Shown in pieces: positions 25,075 to 35,849 of a stretch of DNA of 64,000 nt (position 1 is the first letter of the stretch; each line of letters begins with the position of its first letter). The stretch lies in the IMG/VR virus record IMGVR_UViG_3300017747_003095; one strand, given 5' to 3'. Origin of the DNA: an uncultured virus (IMG/VR IMGVR_UViG_3300017747_003095). Lineage: Duplodnaviria > Heunggongvirae > Uroviricota > Caudoviricetes. Under the pieces are notes generated by a model. The model saw only the letters and a program-made list of their open reading frames with translations. It was not told the origin of the DNA and did not search any database. The position numbers and the translations under genes are program-made.

Positions 25075-25484
25075 ATGGAAGAATAAAAAGAAAGATACCT
25101 CTTGATAAACCAACCTCAGTAGAGTTTGTAACCAAGGTTAGTAATAGGCCGTCGGAGACAATAACGGTACCGGAGAAGTACGCTGGTATTATGGAGCGAT
25201 TATTCTTTGAGTTTGAAACAAACCCATTTACTGTAGCACAGGTGGTAGACTCTTTCGATGGCTTCTATGGATACGAACACGCGAAGTCTATATTGACTTC
25301 TATGCTAGATGACGGAATGCTAAAAAGGCCAAAGCTATCCGTTGACCCACATTGTTTTATGTTTACAGCGGATGACGAGGTAATGGAAAGATTGCTTGAG
25401 ATAATAAGTAAGCTATCCGAAAAGCAGAAAGAACTTAAATCGATCTACAATGAAATCAAGTCAAAGCACTCAAAGCAAAACTAG
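25071..25484 (+). CDS. Hypothetical protein, possible winged-helix + coiled coil
   Basis: FTVAQVV...AKSILTSMLDDGMLKR. Confidence 0.5.
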   Translation: MNGRIKRKIPLDKPTSVEFVTKVSNRPSETITVPEKYAGIMERLFFEFETNPFTVAQVVDSFDGFYGYEHAKSILTSMLDDGMLKRPKLSVDPHCFMFTADDEVMERLLEIISKLSEKQKELKSIYNEIKSKHSKQN

Positions 25485-25722
25485 CATCGAGGTTCACTAT
25501 CGAGTATTTTCAATGACCTTTGTGTGTTACATAACGATACAAGAAAAAAACTCTATTCCTCAAGCGGTTGAGGACTTCATCAAATCAATCAGAAAAACAA
25601 CATCTAACTCTGCTTATATACTATGCATCAAGGATGATCAAAAGGTAGTATACACAAGCGCAGTTCAAAAAAGAGAAAACGAAATATGGCAACAACAAAG
25701 AAATCAAAAGCAGTCGGCGTAA
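25450..25722 (+). CDS. Hypothetical protein
   Basis: Overlapping ORF in operon. Confidence 0.5.
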   Translation: MKSSQSTQSKTSIEVHYRVFSMTFVCYITIQEKNSIPQAVEDFIKSIRKTTSNSAYILCIKDDQKVVYTSAVQKRENEIWQQQRNQKQSA

Positions 25723-26102
25723 ACGGATCTGGATTTTCGGCCGAGGATTGGGAGCATCTAGAAAGACTAGCAGAAACCGACAAGGTGGTGTTCAGTCTTT
25801 TCGAACTAGTAAAGACGATCTACCCAAGGGTTCACGTACAGAGCTTCGAGGCGATTACCGAAACAATCACTTTCCTTAACGACTCTTTACTAGCGGTTAC
25901 CAGGGATGCAGACAGCAGACCTAACCTACTAGACAACAACAAAGAAAAAGAGTTTGACTCAATTCTTAAGGTGGCTGCATCTATTCCCAAACTAAACATC
26001 GAGCTCCAGAGCATGAAAGATAGTTTGATTTCAGAGGTAGATGAACAGTCAGGTAAATCGATCTCAAGGATAGATAAATGGGCGAACGAAGGAAGAAAGT
26101 AA
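25686..26102 (+). CDS. Hypothetical protein (terminase small subunit candidate by position)
   Basis: Helical 138-aa ORF shortly upstream of terminase. Confidence 0.45.
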   Translation: MATTKKSKAVGVNGSGFSAEDWEHLERLAETDKVVFSLFELVKTIYPRVHVQSFEAITETITFLNDSLLAVTRDADSRPNLLDNNKEKEFDSILKVAASIPKLNIELQSMKDSLISEVDEQSGKSISRIDKWANEGRK

Positions 26103-26461
26103 TATCGACAACCTATAAGGTAGTCGAGGAGGGTCACGTACCCAGAAGGATACTAAGCGCCTCCGAGGTACGCGAGAGGGTGTACGGGGTATTTGAGATC
26201 TACGGCTTCTTTGTTGTGGATGAAAAATACCTGTACTGCTTCGTGTCTTATCTGGACCATATGGGAAGCGTTCAGTACACAGCTAGACAGTTTATGTCCA
26301 CCATCGAGTTTCTTCCTTTTAAAATAAGGCAAGAGATTTTTTCGGATATTGTACCCTACCTTAAGGAGAAGTTTGTCAAGAACCCTCACCTTATGGTTAC
26401 CAAGAAATCTGAGATGGAAAAGTTCATGAAGTACAAGCCAAGGAAGATTGAGTTTCTATGA
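26078..26461 (+). CDS. Hypothetical protein
   Basis: 127-aa ORF. Confidence 0.55.
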   Translation: MGERRKKVISTTYKVVEEGHVPRRILSASEVRERVYGVFEIYGFFVVDEKYLYCFVSYLDHMGSVQYTARQFMSTIEFLPFKIRQEIFSDIVPYLKEKFVKNPHLMVTKKSEMEKFMKYKPRKIEFL

Positions 26462-26868
26462 GTTTCGAAAACACCGGATATGAAAGACCTGAATGGTTCA
26501 GACACTCTGACTTCTACAAAAGGTTAAGAGAGTCTGAGGTTAATAGAGATTTGTTTATGGACAACGTAGGAACCATACCGGATGAAAAACCGGAACAGTT
26601 ATGGCCAATAGAAAGGCCGTTGACTCCAAAAGAGGTTGACGATGCATTGCGCATGAACAAACTAAGGAGGCTGTATCTGGAATGGGAGAAGTGGGAGATC
26701 CTGCAGCTCGGGGATATAAACACAGAGGTAAACGACAATGACTACTGGGACTTCGTTATGCTTCTAGTGGAGTGTTACGAAAGGCTAGGGGAACAATACG
26801 TAAATCATATCCTAGCTCCGCTAGGGTTTAAGCAGCAATACTATGTCACCAATAAAAGGATCCGGTAA
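26458..26868 (+). CDS. Hypothetical protein
   Basis: 136-aa ORF coupled to terminase. Confidence 0.6.
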   Translation: MSFENTGYERPEWFRHSDFYKRLRESEVNRDLFMDNVGTIPDEKPEQLWPIERPLTPKEVDDALRMNKLRRLYLEWEKWEILQLGDINTEVNDNDYWDFVMLLVECYERLGEQYVNHILAPLGFKQQYYVTNKRIR

Positions 26869-28765
26869 GAAGCTGGTCAATATCATAGACTCGAAAGCCG
26901 CAGAAAAGCCTATCTATAAATGGGAGGGTAAGCCTGAGCATTTCAGGACCAGACGCGATGGCGATGCATGGTGGGACAGAGAAAGAGGCAGATGGCTAAA
27001 AGGCCATGGAGGCCTTACCGGGGCGCATTACTTTACCGTAACCCAAGGTACCTACAAAAACTCATTGAATCAATACATCCGTCCAGATGTCAGGGATGGC
27101 GATATGCTAGTCTTTGAAGAGTACGACGCCTGTAAGACATCTCAGGAGGATTTGTTTATTGCCAAGCGAAGGGGTTTCGCGTTATCCTCAATCTTCGGAG
27201 GCGCGATGCCGATGTACCACTCCATCACAAACCCAGGCGCGACTAACCTGATAACATCTGCCGACAAGACTAGGCTAGAGGAGTTGTATAAAGAAAAGCC
27301 TTTGGTGTTTTACTCGGAGTTAGACCCGTCTATAAAACCATCGCTTATATCTAGTCGACAGAGCGGGTACCTGCACTTTGGTAAAAAAGAATCAGACGGA
27401 ACGATCACTGGTTTGAATTCTAAGATCATGATGATCCAGACTAGCGAAACTGCAAAAGACGCAACAGCGTTTGAGGCGTACCGTGCTACGTCGATATTTG
27501 TCGACGAGGTGTTTCTCCATAACCGACCAGACACAGTGGTGGCATCTAGTCAGGACTCAATCAAAAGCGGCTTTAGAAAGATCAACCCTATCGTACTAGG
27601 CGGAAGTTGCGGTGTTGCGTCATCTGAAGGGGCTAACAAGATGCAGCAATACTGGTTAGACTCTCATAACAACATGGTCAGGACGGTATTCATTCCGGGT
27701 TGGATGTGTATAACCGAGGCGCCAGAACTAGACGACGAAGGTATCCAGACGGGCAAGATGCTGAACTTCTGTCCAAACGGAAGAAGCAAGCAAAAAGAAG
27801 CTACAGAGTGGATCCTAAGAATGCGCTCTAGGCTAGAGAAGGCTAAAAACAAAGCCAAGCTACTTCAGTTTATAAAAGCATATCCTCTCAGCATCGAGGA
27901 GGTGTTTGACGTGAACACTCAAGGTGTATTTACCGAAGATGTAATGGAGAGGCTCACTGTAGCCTCTATCAGGATCACAAAAGAGAATTACCCAATCGGG
28001 AGATACGACCTGTATGAGACGCCATCCGGTTTGGTGACCGCCAAGGTAAATTCTTTCTCCGGGATGTTTCACATCCTAGAGCATCCGTTAAAGGACGTTC
28101 CATACGGCGCCGGAAATGACCCTATCCCATTTGGGCACAATGAGGACATTACCTATAGAAGATCTGAGAACTCAATCGCTATTGGATCCTTTACCGATAT
28201 GAAGCTGGTAGCGTACCACACCGAAAGGACACACGATGCGGACCTAGCGGCCCAGAACATGATCCTCCTTAGCAGGTATTACAACAACGCCAAGATCATG
28301 GTAGAGAGGAACCGGGGAGGCATGCTGATAGATAAGATCAAAACCCAGGGCTACACACACCTCCTAGCGAACCAACCAAGATGGCTAGGGGCTTATGCGT
28401 TCGACAAGCGGGCTAGGTACGGATGGTATAAGGACGGCGTATCATCGCAGGCCGCATACGCCGAGCTTATCACCTTTATCACAAAGCACTCGGATAGCAT
28501 ATATGTAAAAAGGTTAGTCGACGAGCTTAAGAAGTTTATTGTTGAGAACACCGACTTAGCCGATGCATGGGTTTCTTTCTTAGTGTATGCTAGGGAATAC
28601 CATGAAAGGATATCAAAGAGCGTAGAGACTAACGTCCGGGCTGTTGAAACAAGTGTTGTCACAATAAGAAACGGACAACGACTAGTGGAAAGAAAAACTG
28701 TGTATATTCAAGGCGAAAATAGCAACCAAAGTAATCGACCAGACACATTCAACCATGGTAGGTGA
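26843..28765 (+). CDS. Terminase large subunit
   Basis: Walker A-like AKRRGFALSS, Walker B IFVDE, nuclease motifs AGNDP, VERN, DLADAW. Confidence 0.85.
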   Translation: MSPIKGSGKKLVNIIDSKAAEKPIYKWEGKPEHFRTRRDGDAWWDRERGRWLKGHGGLTGAHYFTVTQGTYKNSLNQYIRPDVRDGDMLVFEEYDACKTSQEDLFIAKRRGFALSSIFGGAMPMYHSITNPGATNLITSADKTRLEELYKEKPLVFYSELDPSIKPSLISSRQSGYLHFGKKESDGTITGLNSKIMMIQTSETAKDATAFEAYRATSIFVDEVFLHNRPDTVVASSQDSIKSGFRKINPIVLGGSCGVASSEGANKMQQYWLDSHNNMVRTVFIPGWMCITEAPELDDEGIQTGKMLNFCPNGRSKQKEATEWILRMRSRLEKAKNKAKLLQFIKAYPLSIEEVFDVNTQGVFTEDVMERLTVASIRITKENYPIGRYDLYETPSGLVTAKVNSFSGMFHILEHPLKDVPYGAGNDPIPFGHNEDITYRRSENSIAIGSFTDMKLVAYHTERTHDADLAAQNMILLSRYYNNAKIMVERNRGGMLIDKIKTQGYTHLLANQPRWLGAYAFDKRARYGWYKDGVSSQAAYAELITFITKHSDSIYVKRLVDELKKFIVENTDLADAWVSFLVYAREYHERISKSVETNVRAVETSVVTIRNGQRLVERKTVYIQGENSNQSNRPDTFNHGR

Positions 28766-28964
28766 GAGACTAGATATTAGAGAACAGGCTCAGCAGGTTT
28801 CGTTTACCAACGCTCAGAATGCTACTGAGGTAGGGTACTTCATGAAATTCGCTGAATTCTCTCCTGAAGCAAAAGGAGCCGTCGGGTTGGTTGCTGTCAT
28901 CTTAGATAAAACAGGCAAAATACATTATCGTGAGCCAAGATCCGTTAGATTCATATTTCACTAG
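28755..28964 (+). CDS. Hypothetical protein
   Basis: 69-aa ORF. Confidence 0.5.
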   Translation: MVGERLDIREQAQQVSFTNAQNATEVGYFMKFAEFSPEAKGAVGLVAVILDKTGKIHYREPRSVRFIFH

Positions 28965-29238
28965 CGACGATTCGTCGTTCGCCACAGTGCCTTCTATGGT
29001 TTTAACAAACCCAAAGAGAGCAAAGAACGGGCCTTACGCTGGTGCAGATAAATCAGGCGATCAATACACGATAAGAGTATCTAAAATAGAGACCCCACTA
29101 GAGGGATCTAAAAAAAAATTTAAGGCAGTCTTTTTGAAACGCGGAACGATGCTAGTGTTTTCATTCAAGGAAAACCCAGGCGTACACGACATAATTTTAA
29201 GACTAGAAAAGATAGGATATAAGTTTATTCCTTCGTAA
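28930..29238 (+). CDS. Hypothetical protein
   Basis: 102-aa ORF. Confidence 0.5.
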   Translation: MSQDPLDSYFTSDDSSFATVPSMVLTNPKRAKNGPYAGADKSGDQYTIRVSKIETPLEGSKKKFKAVFLKRGTMLVFSFKENPGVHDIILRLEKIGYKFIPS

Positions 29239-29282
29239 CTTCGCCGAGCCGTGTTATCTTGCTCGTACCATGGTTTTTGGGT

Positions 29283-29316
29283 TAACCAGTCAATCTAATT
29301 GGCTGGTTATTTTTTT
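29283..29316 (+). terminator. Intrinsic terminator
   Basis: TAACCAGTCAAT-CTA-ATTGGCTGGTTA followed by T run. Confidence 0.75.
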
Positions 29317-29353
29317 ACTAGTAAAAACAAAAAAATAATTATTTCTTTGCATC

Positions 29354-29707
29354 ATGGATAGACGGTTTGTAAACGTAAACTATGATGCTCCCATAGAAAT
29401 ACACCTAGCGATAAGATCTATCTGCGACAAGGTGTATGTAGAAACAGGCGAGAAGAAAAAGATACCAGAGCTATATCAGGATCTAGTTGTTTTTGCCATA
29501 TCTACCATAAAGGCAGGAGAGGAGCTAAGCGTGTCAGATCTTTCCGGGCGCTGCTGTAGGACCATCTTCTACGTGAGCAGAGACCAAAGGGATCAGGTGG
29601 CAGAAATGCTAGGAGGAAGGAATTCCCTTAGCTTCAGAGAGAAGTACGATATTCTTCTAGAGTATTCACTAAGGCATTTATACAACATAAAACTACAGAA
29701 AGCATGA
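29354..29707 (+). CDS. Hypothetical protein, possible tandem ribbon-helix-helix regulator
   Basis: Two beta-alpha-alpha-like halves. Confidence 0.45.
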   Translation: MDRRFVNVNYDAPIEIHLAIRSICDKVYVETGEKKKIPELYQDLVVFAISTIKAGEELSVSDLSGRCCRTIFYVSRDQRDQVAEMLGGRNSLSFREKYDILLEYSLRHLYNIKLQKA

Positions 29708-30174
29708 TGTACTTTATAGGTTGCGATCCAGGCCAGTCAGGAGGCTTTGTTGTTTTAGATCAATTTATGTCTGTCGTAAATGTCTTTAAAACACCTGAGA
29801 CAAAAAACGACTTCATACAGAAGCTAAAGGATATTAAGGATCTTCCGGGGAATATCTTCTTAATGAAGGAAAGGGTTCATTCGCAGCCTAAGAACGGAGG
29901 TAAATCTAACTTTACCTTTGGGTACAACATTGGCGTACTAGAGGCGTCCTTGTCTTTTGTTGGAATTCCATATCAAGACATCACTCCCCAGACATGGATG
30001 AAGTGGTATATGCTTAAAAAGGAAAAAGAAGAAACAGGTCCCCATTGGAAGGGAAGGCTAAAGCAGAGAGCTCAGGAGCTGTTCCCTGACCAGAAAATAA
30101 CACTCTGGAATGCAGATGCATTTTTGATAGCCGAATATTGCCGTAGGATTATGCAGGGCACTAGCTCCTCATAA
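29704..30174 (+). CDS. RuvC-like Holliday junction resolvase
   Basis: IGCDPGQSGG, ERV, FTFGYNIG, ITPQTW, ADAFLIA. Confidence 0.85.
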   Translation: MMYFIGCDPGQSGGFVVLDQFMSVVNVFKTPETKNDFIQKLKDIKDLPGNIFLMKERVHSQPKNGGKSNFTFGYNIGVLEASLSFVGIPYQDITPQTWMKWYMLKKEKEETGPHWKGRLKQRAQELFPDQKITLWNADAFLIAEYCRRIMQGTSSS

Positions 30175-30217
30175 TCAAGAATAAAATGTATATTTGCTCA
30201 TTGCAATAGCGTCAAAA

Positions 30218-32482
30218 ATGGCACAAAAGGCTTCAAAGGAAAGAGATACAACTGACATCATAAATTACCAGCCGCCTAGACAAGATCTTACAGATAGGCA
30301 GTTAATCGCTCAGTATGGATCGATAGACGCCTACGATAGGCAGATGGTCAGGTACTGCTGCACGTTCTATAACCGACCTAATGAATTCTATGACATCTTC
30401 TATCAGCAGATGCCATCAGTGCAGGCTAATCTTAAAAAGAAGCCATACTCTCCAGTTTTACAGATCCTTGAAAACTATCGATACTACAACGGGGAGCAGT
30501 TCAATTTCAACTACGCATTCCTAGGAAAAACAGTAAGCGGTGATGAAATCCCTGCACCATTCATCCCAGGTCAAAAGATCTACCAGATAGTAGAGTTCCT
30601 AAAGGGGTCCTATGCGTCTGTAATAAGAAACGCAAAGATTAGATGTAGATCACTTTCGAAAGAAGCCGAGGGTAATAGATACAAAAGATTGGCTTTGGCT
30701 ATGCTGAAGTACAACTACAAGGATCTGTTCGATGCAATGGAAGATGAATCCGGTATGGAGGTCGATCCAATGCCAGAGGATAAAATGGAAAGCGAAGAGG
30801 CTATCCATAGGTTCATAGAAGAGAATCCGTTCGAGGCCTCTGAAAGGATCGGAAATGTTTTCGCTGAATTTATAGTTAGAGATAATGACTTCACAAACAA
30901 GGCAATTCGAAGTTACTTCGACACTAGGGTTGGAAGATATTCAGGAATGGTTTGTAGGATACTCAACGGCAGAGTCGACATCCAGGCAATACCACCATAC
31001 CAACTCATTATCGATAACAGGGTTGACGATGACCTTAATAGCCAAGCAAGGTTCAGAGGACTAATTGAATACCTAACCCCTGAAGAGATCTTCGAAAGAT
31101 TCCCTTGTAATGAGGCGGAAAGAAATGAGATACTAGCTAACGCCGGAGGCCTTAACGAATTCATGGCTCCGTTTAATAGCTTCTCTGATCCAATCAATTT
31201 CAGATGGTGGTCAACAACAAATCGTCAGATCGCTGTTGTGACAATGTACTGGATGCAGCTAGTTGACACTAGATATGTTTACAAAAAAGACAGCAACGGT
31301 AAGATCAAGTATCCTTATGAATACAAGATTCTATCTGATTCAGACACTAGGACTGGTGAATTTTTTGTATCAGTTCCTAGGCAGGCTACTTTGATAGGAA
31401 ACAAGTACATCAAGGATAATAAGTATTGCGATGAAATAGTCTACCATCCAAACGATAAAAAACAACCGCTACTTCCGCTTCATATCATCTGCCCTAACAT
31501 GGTAAATGGTATGTGCAAAAGCGTAGTAGATAGACTAAGGGCTCACCAAGACATGCATGATGCCATATCTCTTAGAATTAGAGATAAAATGGCTAAGGCC
31601 CATGGCAAGATACCGATCATTGATGGATCTCAAATACAGGGAGTTAGTTCACTTGACTTAGAGGATGACTTTAAGAAGCTAGGATTTACAGTTTTGAACC
31701 TAGCGTCTACCGAGGCCGGAGACCCGACTGTTAGGCCGCTAGTTCAGTATGCTGACTTTACGATGGACCCGGACGTAAGATCATTATTGTCTCTCAAGCA
31801 AGAAGAGGAGAGACTAATGAACGATATGTACAACACTAGTCCAATTGTAATGGGAACTCAGCAGACGTACACCGGATACGGTACGCAACAGTCTGCTATT
31901 TCCCAGGCAACAATGAGTATCGTAAACGACACCCAGACTCACGTTCAGTTTCTAGCTAACGTACTTCAATACGCGATCAACTGTGCTAAGAAATTCTATA
32001 CCTCAAAAGAAGGCAAGCCTTTCGCGAAAGAAATTTTCAGCGAACGAACTATGTACCTGCTAGAGCAAACAGAGGACTTGAGATTCGAGGAGCTTTCAAC
32101 GATTGTTGACATCCTTGACAACATCGATCAGGTAGAAAGAAAAGAGTTGATGATGCTAGCTCAGACGATTATCCCTACCGGAAATCTAGCAGCGCTAGAG
32201 ATGATGGTAGACCTACAGTCTCAGCCTACCAAGACATCTCTGAAGAATGCGATCTCGTACATCGTGAACAAGCAGAAGCGCGAAAAGCAGAAGGAGCAAG
32301 AAACTGCTATGCTGCAGCAAGCGGCAATGCAAGACGCAGCAGCTCAAAATTCAATGGAGCAGCAGGCTATGATCCAAGACGCAGGACTAGAGAAAGAAAT
32401 CATCAAGCAAGAGGGGGCGATAGACAAAGAAGTTGTGAAAGCAGAAGCCAAGCAAGTTCCTAGTCAGCAAGCTCCAATGTAG
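30218..32482 (+). CDS. Portal protein
   Basis: ~750 aa after terminase, Q-rich C-terminal coil, TATATTTG promoter at 30189-30196. Confidence 0.75.
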   Translation: MAQKASKERDTTDIINYQPPRQDLTDRQLIAQYGSIDAYDRQMVRYCCTFYNRPNEFYDIFYQQMPSVQANLKKKPYSPVLQILENYRYYNGEQFNFNYAFLGKTVSGDEIPAPFIPGQKIYQIVEFLKGSYASVIRNAKIRCRSLSKEAEGNRYKRLALAMLKYNYKDLFDAMEDESGMEVDPMPEDKMESEEAIHRFIEENPFEASERIGNVFAEFIVRDNDFTNKAIRSYFDTRVGRYSGMVCRILNGRVDIQAIPPYQLIIDNRVDDDLNSQARFRGLIEYLTPEEIFERFPCNEAERNEILANAGGLNEFMAPFNSFSDPINFRWWSTTNRQIAVVTMYWMQLVDTRYVYKKDSNGKIKYPYEYKILSDSDTRTGEFFVSVPRQATLIGNKYIKDNKYCDEIVYHPNDKKQPLLPLHIICPNMVNGMCKSVVDRLRAHQDMHDAISLRIRDKMAKAHGKIPIIDGSQIQGVSSLDLEDDFKKLGFTVLNLASTEAGDPTVRPLVQYADFTMDPDVRSLLSLKQEEERLMNDMYNTSPIVMGTQQTYTGYGTQQSAISQATMSIVNDTQTHVQFLANVLQYAINCAKKFYTSKEGKPFAKEIFSERTMYLLEQTEDLRFEELSTIVDILDNIDQVERKELMMLAQTIIPTGNLAALEMMVDLQSQPTKTSLKNAISYIVNKQKREKQKEQETAMLQQAAMQDAAAQNSMEQQAMIQDAGLEKEIIKQEGAIDKEVVKAEAKQVPSQQAPM

Positions 32483-32532
32483 CTAGATGAAAAAATTTTG
32501 TTTTAAACCCAATAACTTATAAATTTGCGAGC

Positions 32533-33558
32533 ATGACAGAGCAAGTAGACCCAACAGTAGAACAAACCAACGACGCTGACCCAGCGGTAGTAGTCAATGA
32601 TACAATTCAAGCAACGGGTGATCCAAGTGATCCAAGTAATCCGACAGATGATATATCTGATGATGAACTAGATGGGGTTGTACACATCCCGTCATTCTTC
32701 GCCGGTCAGGCGCCTAGCTCAGCCGCTGCTAGTGAAAACCAAGAATCTGTAGACAAAGCAGAGCTAGAAAGGCTTAGAGGTATAGAACAAGAATACCTTT
32801 CATTATCATCAGACCCTCTAGTTGAAGCTGCATTCAACTTTAGAAAAGCTGGCAACAGCAACATCATGGACTTCGTTTCTGAATTGACAGGAGGATACAA
32901 GGACGTATCCAAGATGTCGATGGATGAAATGTATGAGCAGCATTACAGAAGCACCATTGCTAAGCGATATAATCTAAGTGATGATGACATCGAAGAGGCG
33001 CTAGATGAATTTAACTCAAAAAGCCCCGCGCAAAAGGCTCAAGTCATTGATCCTATTCGCGAAAAGCTAGAGCAGGACAGCAAGAATTCAATTAAATCTT
33101 TGAGCGATAAGTTTTCCCAGAAAGCCAAAGACGACGAAAGTATAACAAAAGAATTTGAGGATAGAGAAAAGAAATCCTTGAATTATCTAGATAGTAAACT
33201 GAACGAATTAACAGGAAAGACAATTCACCGGGTCCAAGTAACTCCAGAGATAGCCAAGGAAATCCGTGATCTTTCCACCCAATTCGCAATCAGAAACCCG
33301 CAGACTCTAGAAGCTGATGTGGATGCAACCATCTCTATGTGGATGTGGCTCCGACATGGTGAAAAGATTCTCAAGCAGCATATAAGATACGGTCAGAACC
33401 GTGGACTAGAAGCCGGCGTAATCGGTAGGTCGAATGGAAACGCAAGCCCGATTAAGACAAACGGTGTATCACCGTCCGCGACTCAGGACAAGTATCAAAA
33501 TGCGCTAAAAAACTCCGGTGGGAAACTCCCCCGGACAGGAAGTCCAACCCCTAATTAA
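32533..33558 (+). CDS. Putative capsid scaffolding protein
   Basis: Acidic N-terminus, coiled coil, between portal and capsid. Confidence 0.6.
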   Translation: MTEQVDPTVEQTNDADPAVVVNDTIQATGDPSDPSNPTDDISDDELDGVVHIPSFFAGQAPSSAAASENQESVDKAELERLRGIEQEYLSLSSDPLVEAAFNFRKAGNSNIMDFVSELTGGYKDVSKMSMDEMYEQHYRSTIAKRYNLSDDDIEEALDEFNSKSPAQKAQVIDPIREKLEQDSKNSIKSLSDKFSQKAKDDESITKEFEDREKKSLNYLDSKLNELTGKTIHRVQVTPEIAKEIRDLSTQFAIRNPQTLEADVDATISMWMWLRHGEKILKQHIRYGQNRGLEAGVIGRSNGNASPIKTNGVSPSATQDKYQNALKNSGGKLPRTGSPTPN

Positions 33559-33566
33559 TATTCAAA

Positions 33567-34928
33567 ATGGCTAATCAAGTCTCAACCCTCAACATTGAGG
33601 ACAATTTATACAGCCGTGCGTTAAATGACCGCAACGATTTCAGTCGTGTGTACGACCTTTCAGGTGGGTACTCTAAACTGTTGACCGTTATCAACATTAT
33701 TAACGCTGGTAATTCTAAGTCCATCGACGTGGACAAGTACGAGAAATCGTTCATGACTAATGGATACGTTATCCAGCAGTTATCTGGAACTCCAACTAAC
33801 AATGTAACTAACATTACCGTAGTTCTTGCAGACCCAACGTATGACAACTTCCGTATCAACGACCTTGTTATGTGTGAGTCTCTTACGATCCAAGGTATCG
33901 TTATTGCTAAGGCGCCAGGCTTTTTAACAATCGCCCCTGCTCCAGGAGGAACAACAGTAGCTGAACTAGTTGCTGAGTTCACAAACAACAAATTCTTGAA
34001 GGCTTACGGCGATGCTCAGCCTTTGCGTAATTCTGTTGGTCGTGAGTCACTCTATCAGTTTCCTGATGTTGACTACAACTACACACAGGTAATCCGCGAA
34101 AGTACTTCTGTATCTCGCCGCGACAAAATCCGTTCACGCGTTATGTGGCAAGACGGAATGTGGTGGGAAGCACAGCAGCCTTTGGCTATCGAGATGATGC
34201 TTAAGCGCAAGGAGTTTATGGCTCTTTGGGGTCGTCGTGGTAAAGGTCTTGTTAATGGACAAGAAACCAACACTAACGGTGGTATCGACTGGGCTATCAA
34301 AGAACGTCCAATCGGACGTGGTGTGTACTACCCACTAGCAGGTTTGCCTTCTGAGGCTACATTTGAGAAATTCCTTTCTGATGTTTATGACCGTAAGGCA
34401 CAACAAGGAGAGAAATTCTTGATGATGGGCCGCGGTATGCTTCATCACATCCAAAAGAACATGACTCGTGACTTCATCCAGTATGCTGGTCAGCTTAACA
34501 CATTTGGTGGTGCTGATGTATCTGGTTTGAACGTAATGCAGTACACTGTTGCTGGTATGAAGTACAACTTCATGGAGATGCCAATCCTTAACGACCCAGA
34601 CTTCTTCCCAGAGGCTGCTGGCGTACCGGGTGCTGCATTCCGTAAGCGTCAGTACGATTGCTACTGCCTAGACATGGATGCAATTCCAGTAAAAGGTGGT
34701 GGAACAGCTCCTGCTATCGAAAAGATTCACTTCGGTGACTCTGAATACTACGAAGCATTCATCGCTGGTATGGACTCTGCTCCTTCTGGAGGTGTAACTG
34801 AAGATGCTATTCGTGCCGCTTCCGCAACACGCGTTGTTACTGATGTAGATAACTCTACATACCACGTAATGAGCGATTGTGGATATGACATGATCGGTAA
34901 GTTCTCAGGTAAAATGGAGCTGATTTAA
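33567..34928 (+). CDS. Major capsid protein
   Basis: 453 aa, NYTQVIRE...EFMALWG...TNGGI pattern, high-expression codon bias, position. Confidence 0.8.
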   Translation: MANQVSTLNIEDNLYSRALNDRNDFSRVYDLSGGYSKLLTVINIINAGNSKSIDVDKYEKSFMTNGYVIQQLSGTPTNNVTNITVVLADPTYDNFRINDLVMCESLTIQGIVIAKAPGFLTIAPAPGGTTVAELVAEFTNNKFLKAYGDAQPLRNSVGRESLYQFPDVDYNYTQVIRESTSVSRRDKIRSRVMWQDGMWWEAQQPLAIEMMLKRKEFMALWGRRGKGLVNGQETNTNGGIDWAIKERPIGRGVYYPLAGLPSEATFEKFLSDVYDRKAQQGEKFLMMGRGMLHHIQKNMTRDFIQYAGQLNTFGGADVSGLNVMQYTVAGMKYNFMEMPILNDPDFFPEAAGVPGAAFRKRQYDCYCLDMDAIPVKGGGTAPAIEKIHFGDSEYYEAFIAGMDSAPSGGVTEDAIRAASATRVVTDVDNSTYHVMSDCGYDMIGKFSGKMELI

Positions 34929-34959
34929 TTCATTGTTTAACTTTTAAAAACTAAGAAAA

Positions 34960-35745
34960 ATGAGTACAGTTCAGCCAAATTATTTATTTTTGAATACTGT
35001 CGTAGGGGCCGCAGATATCACGGTATCCGAAGGCGCTGTGGTGTTTGGAAATACAACTACAACCAATGTTTCTCCATCTGTTAAGTTGAAAAATATTTCA
35101 AATATTTTCACAAAATCTCCAGGAGCAGCAGCTGTAGCTAGAGTTCAGACGGTTACAGCCACAAATCCAGCAACTGTTGGAACAGACTATTCTTTCCAGA
35201 TTACGCAGCTTATCGGTGGCGTATATCAAACATCTTTTGTTTCTTATGAATCAATAGCTGGAGATACTGGAATTACTGTTGCTACAGCACTAGTTTCTGT
35301 TGTAAATGCGCTTATCTCGTCTGGATCAATTCAGTTGGCGTCTGCCACTAATGTTGGTGGTACATCAGCCGTAATTACACTTACTGGATCTTCATCAAAC
35401 CCTCTGTTTGTAACAGAAGTTTTGGATGCTGGATCTGGTTTAGTTGTAGCTACTTCTACGGCTGGTAGCGAAGCATTCGGAGTTGGTTCTGATTTAGTCG
35501 CAGATGGAATCATTGGTATTTCAGATCAACCAACATCAGGAACCTTATACGGTCTAGTCGTTGTTAACTATTATACAGAAGCAAATTCTTTGAACGCTCA
35601 AAAGCGCGATATTGAACAGCAATTGTATGTATATGTAGCAAATGGCGCAAACCAGGCTGCGTTCATTACAGCTATCGGAACTAAACTATCTGCAATCACG
35701 CTGGAAGCAAATGCAGGCCCAGCTGTTTCTGTAGAGCGTTTGTAA
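34960..35745 (+). CDS. Putative auxiliary capsid/decoration protein
   Basis: A/T/V/G-rich beta protein right after capsid, followed by terminator. Confidence 0.55.
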   Translation: MSTVQPNYLFLNTVVGAADITVSEGAVVFGNTTTTNVSPSVKLKNISNIFTKSPGAAAVARVQTVTATNPATVGTDYSFQITQLIGGVYQTSFVSYESIAGDTGITVATALVSVVNALISSGSIQLASATNVGGTSAVITLTGSSSNPLFVTEVLDAGSGLVVATSTAGSEAFGVGSDLVADGIIGISDQPTSGTLYGLVVVNYYTEANSLNAQKRDIEQQLYVYVANGANQAAFITAIGTKLSAITLEANAGPAVSVERL

Positions 35746-35767
35746 TCCAATTAATCATCACTTACAG

Positions 35768-35793
35768 GAGGTCAGATTCGTCTGGCCTCTTTT
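35768..35793 (+). terminator. Intrinsic terminator
   Basis: GAGGTCAGA-TTCG-TCTGGCCTC-TTTT. Confidence 0.85.
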
Positions 35794-35849
35794 GTTTTTA
35801 TACAATAAAAAACAAAAATATTTTTATCTTTGCATAAAAGACAATACAA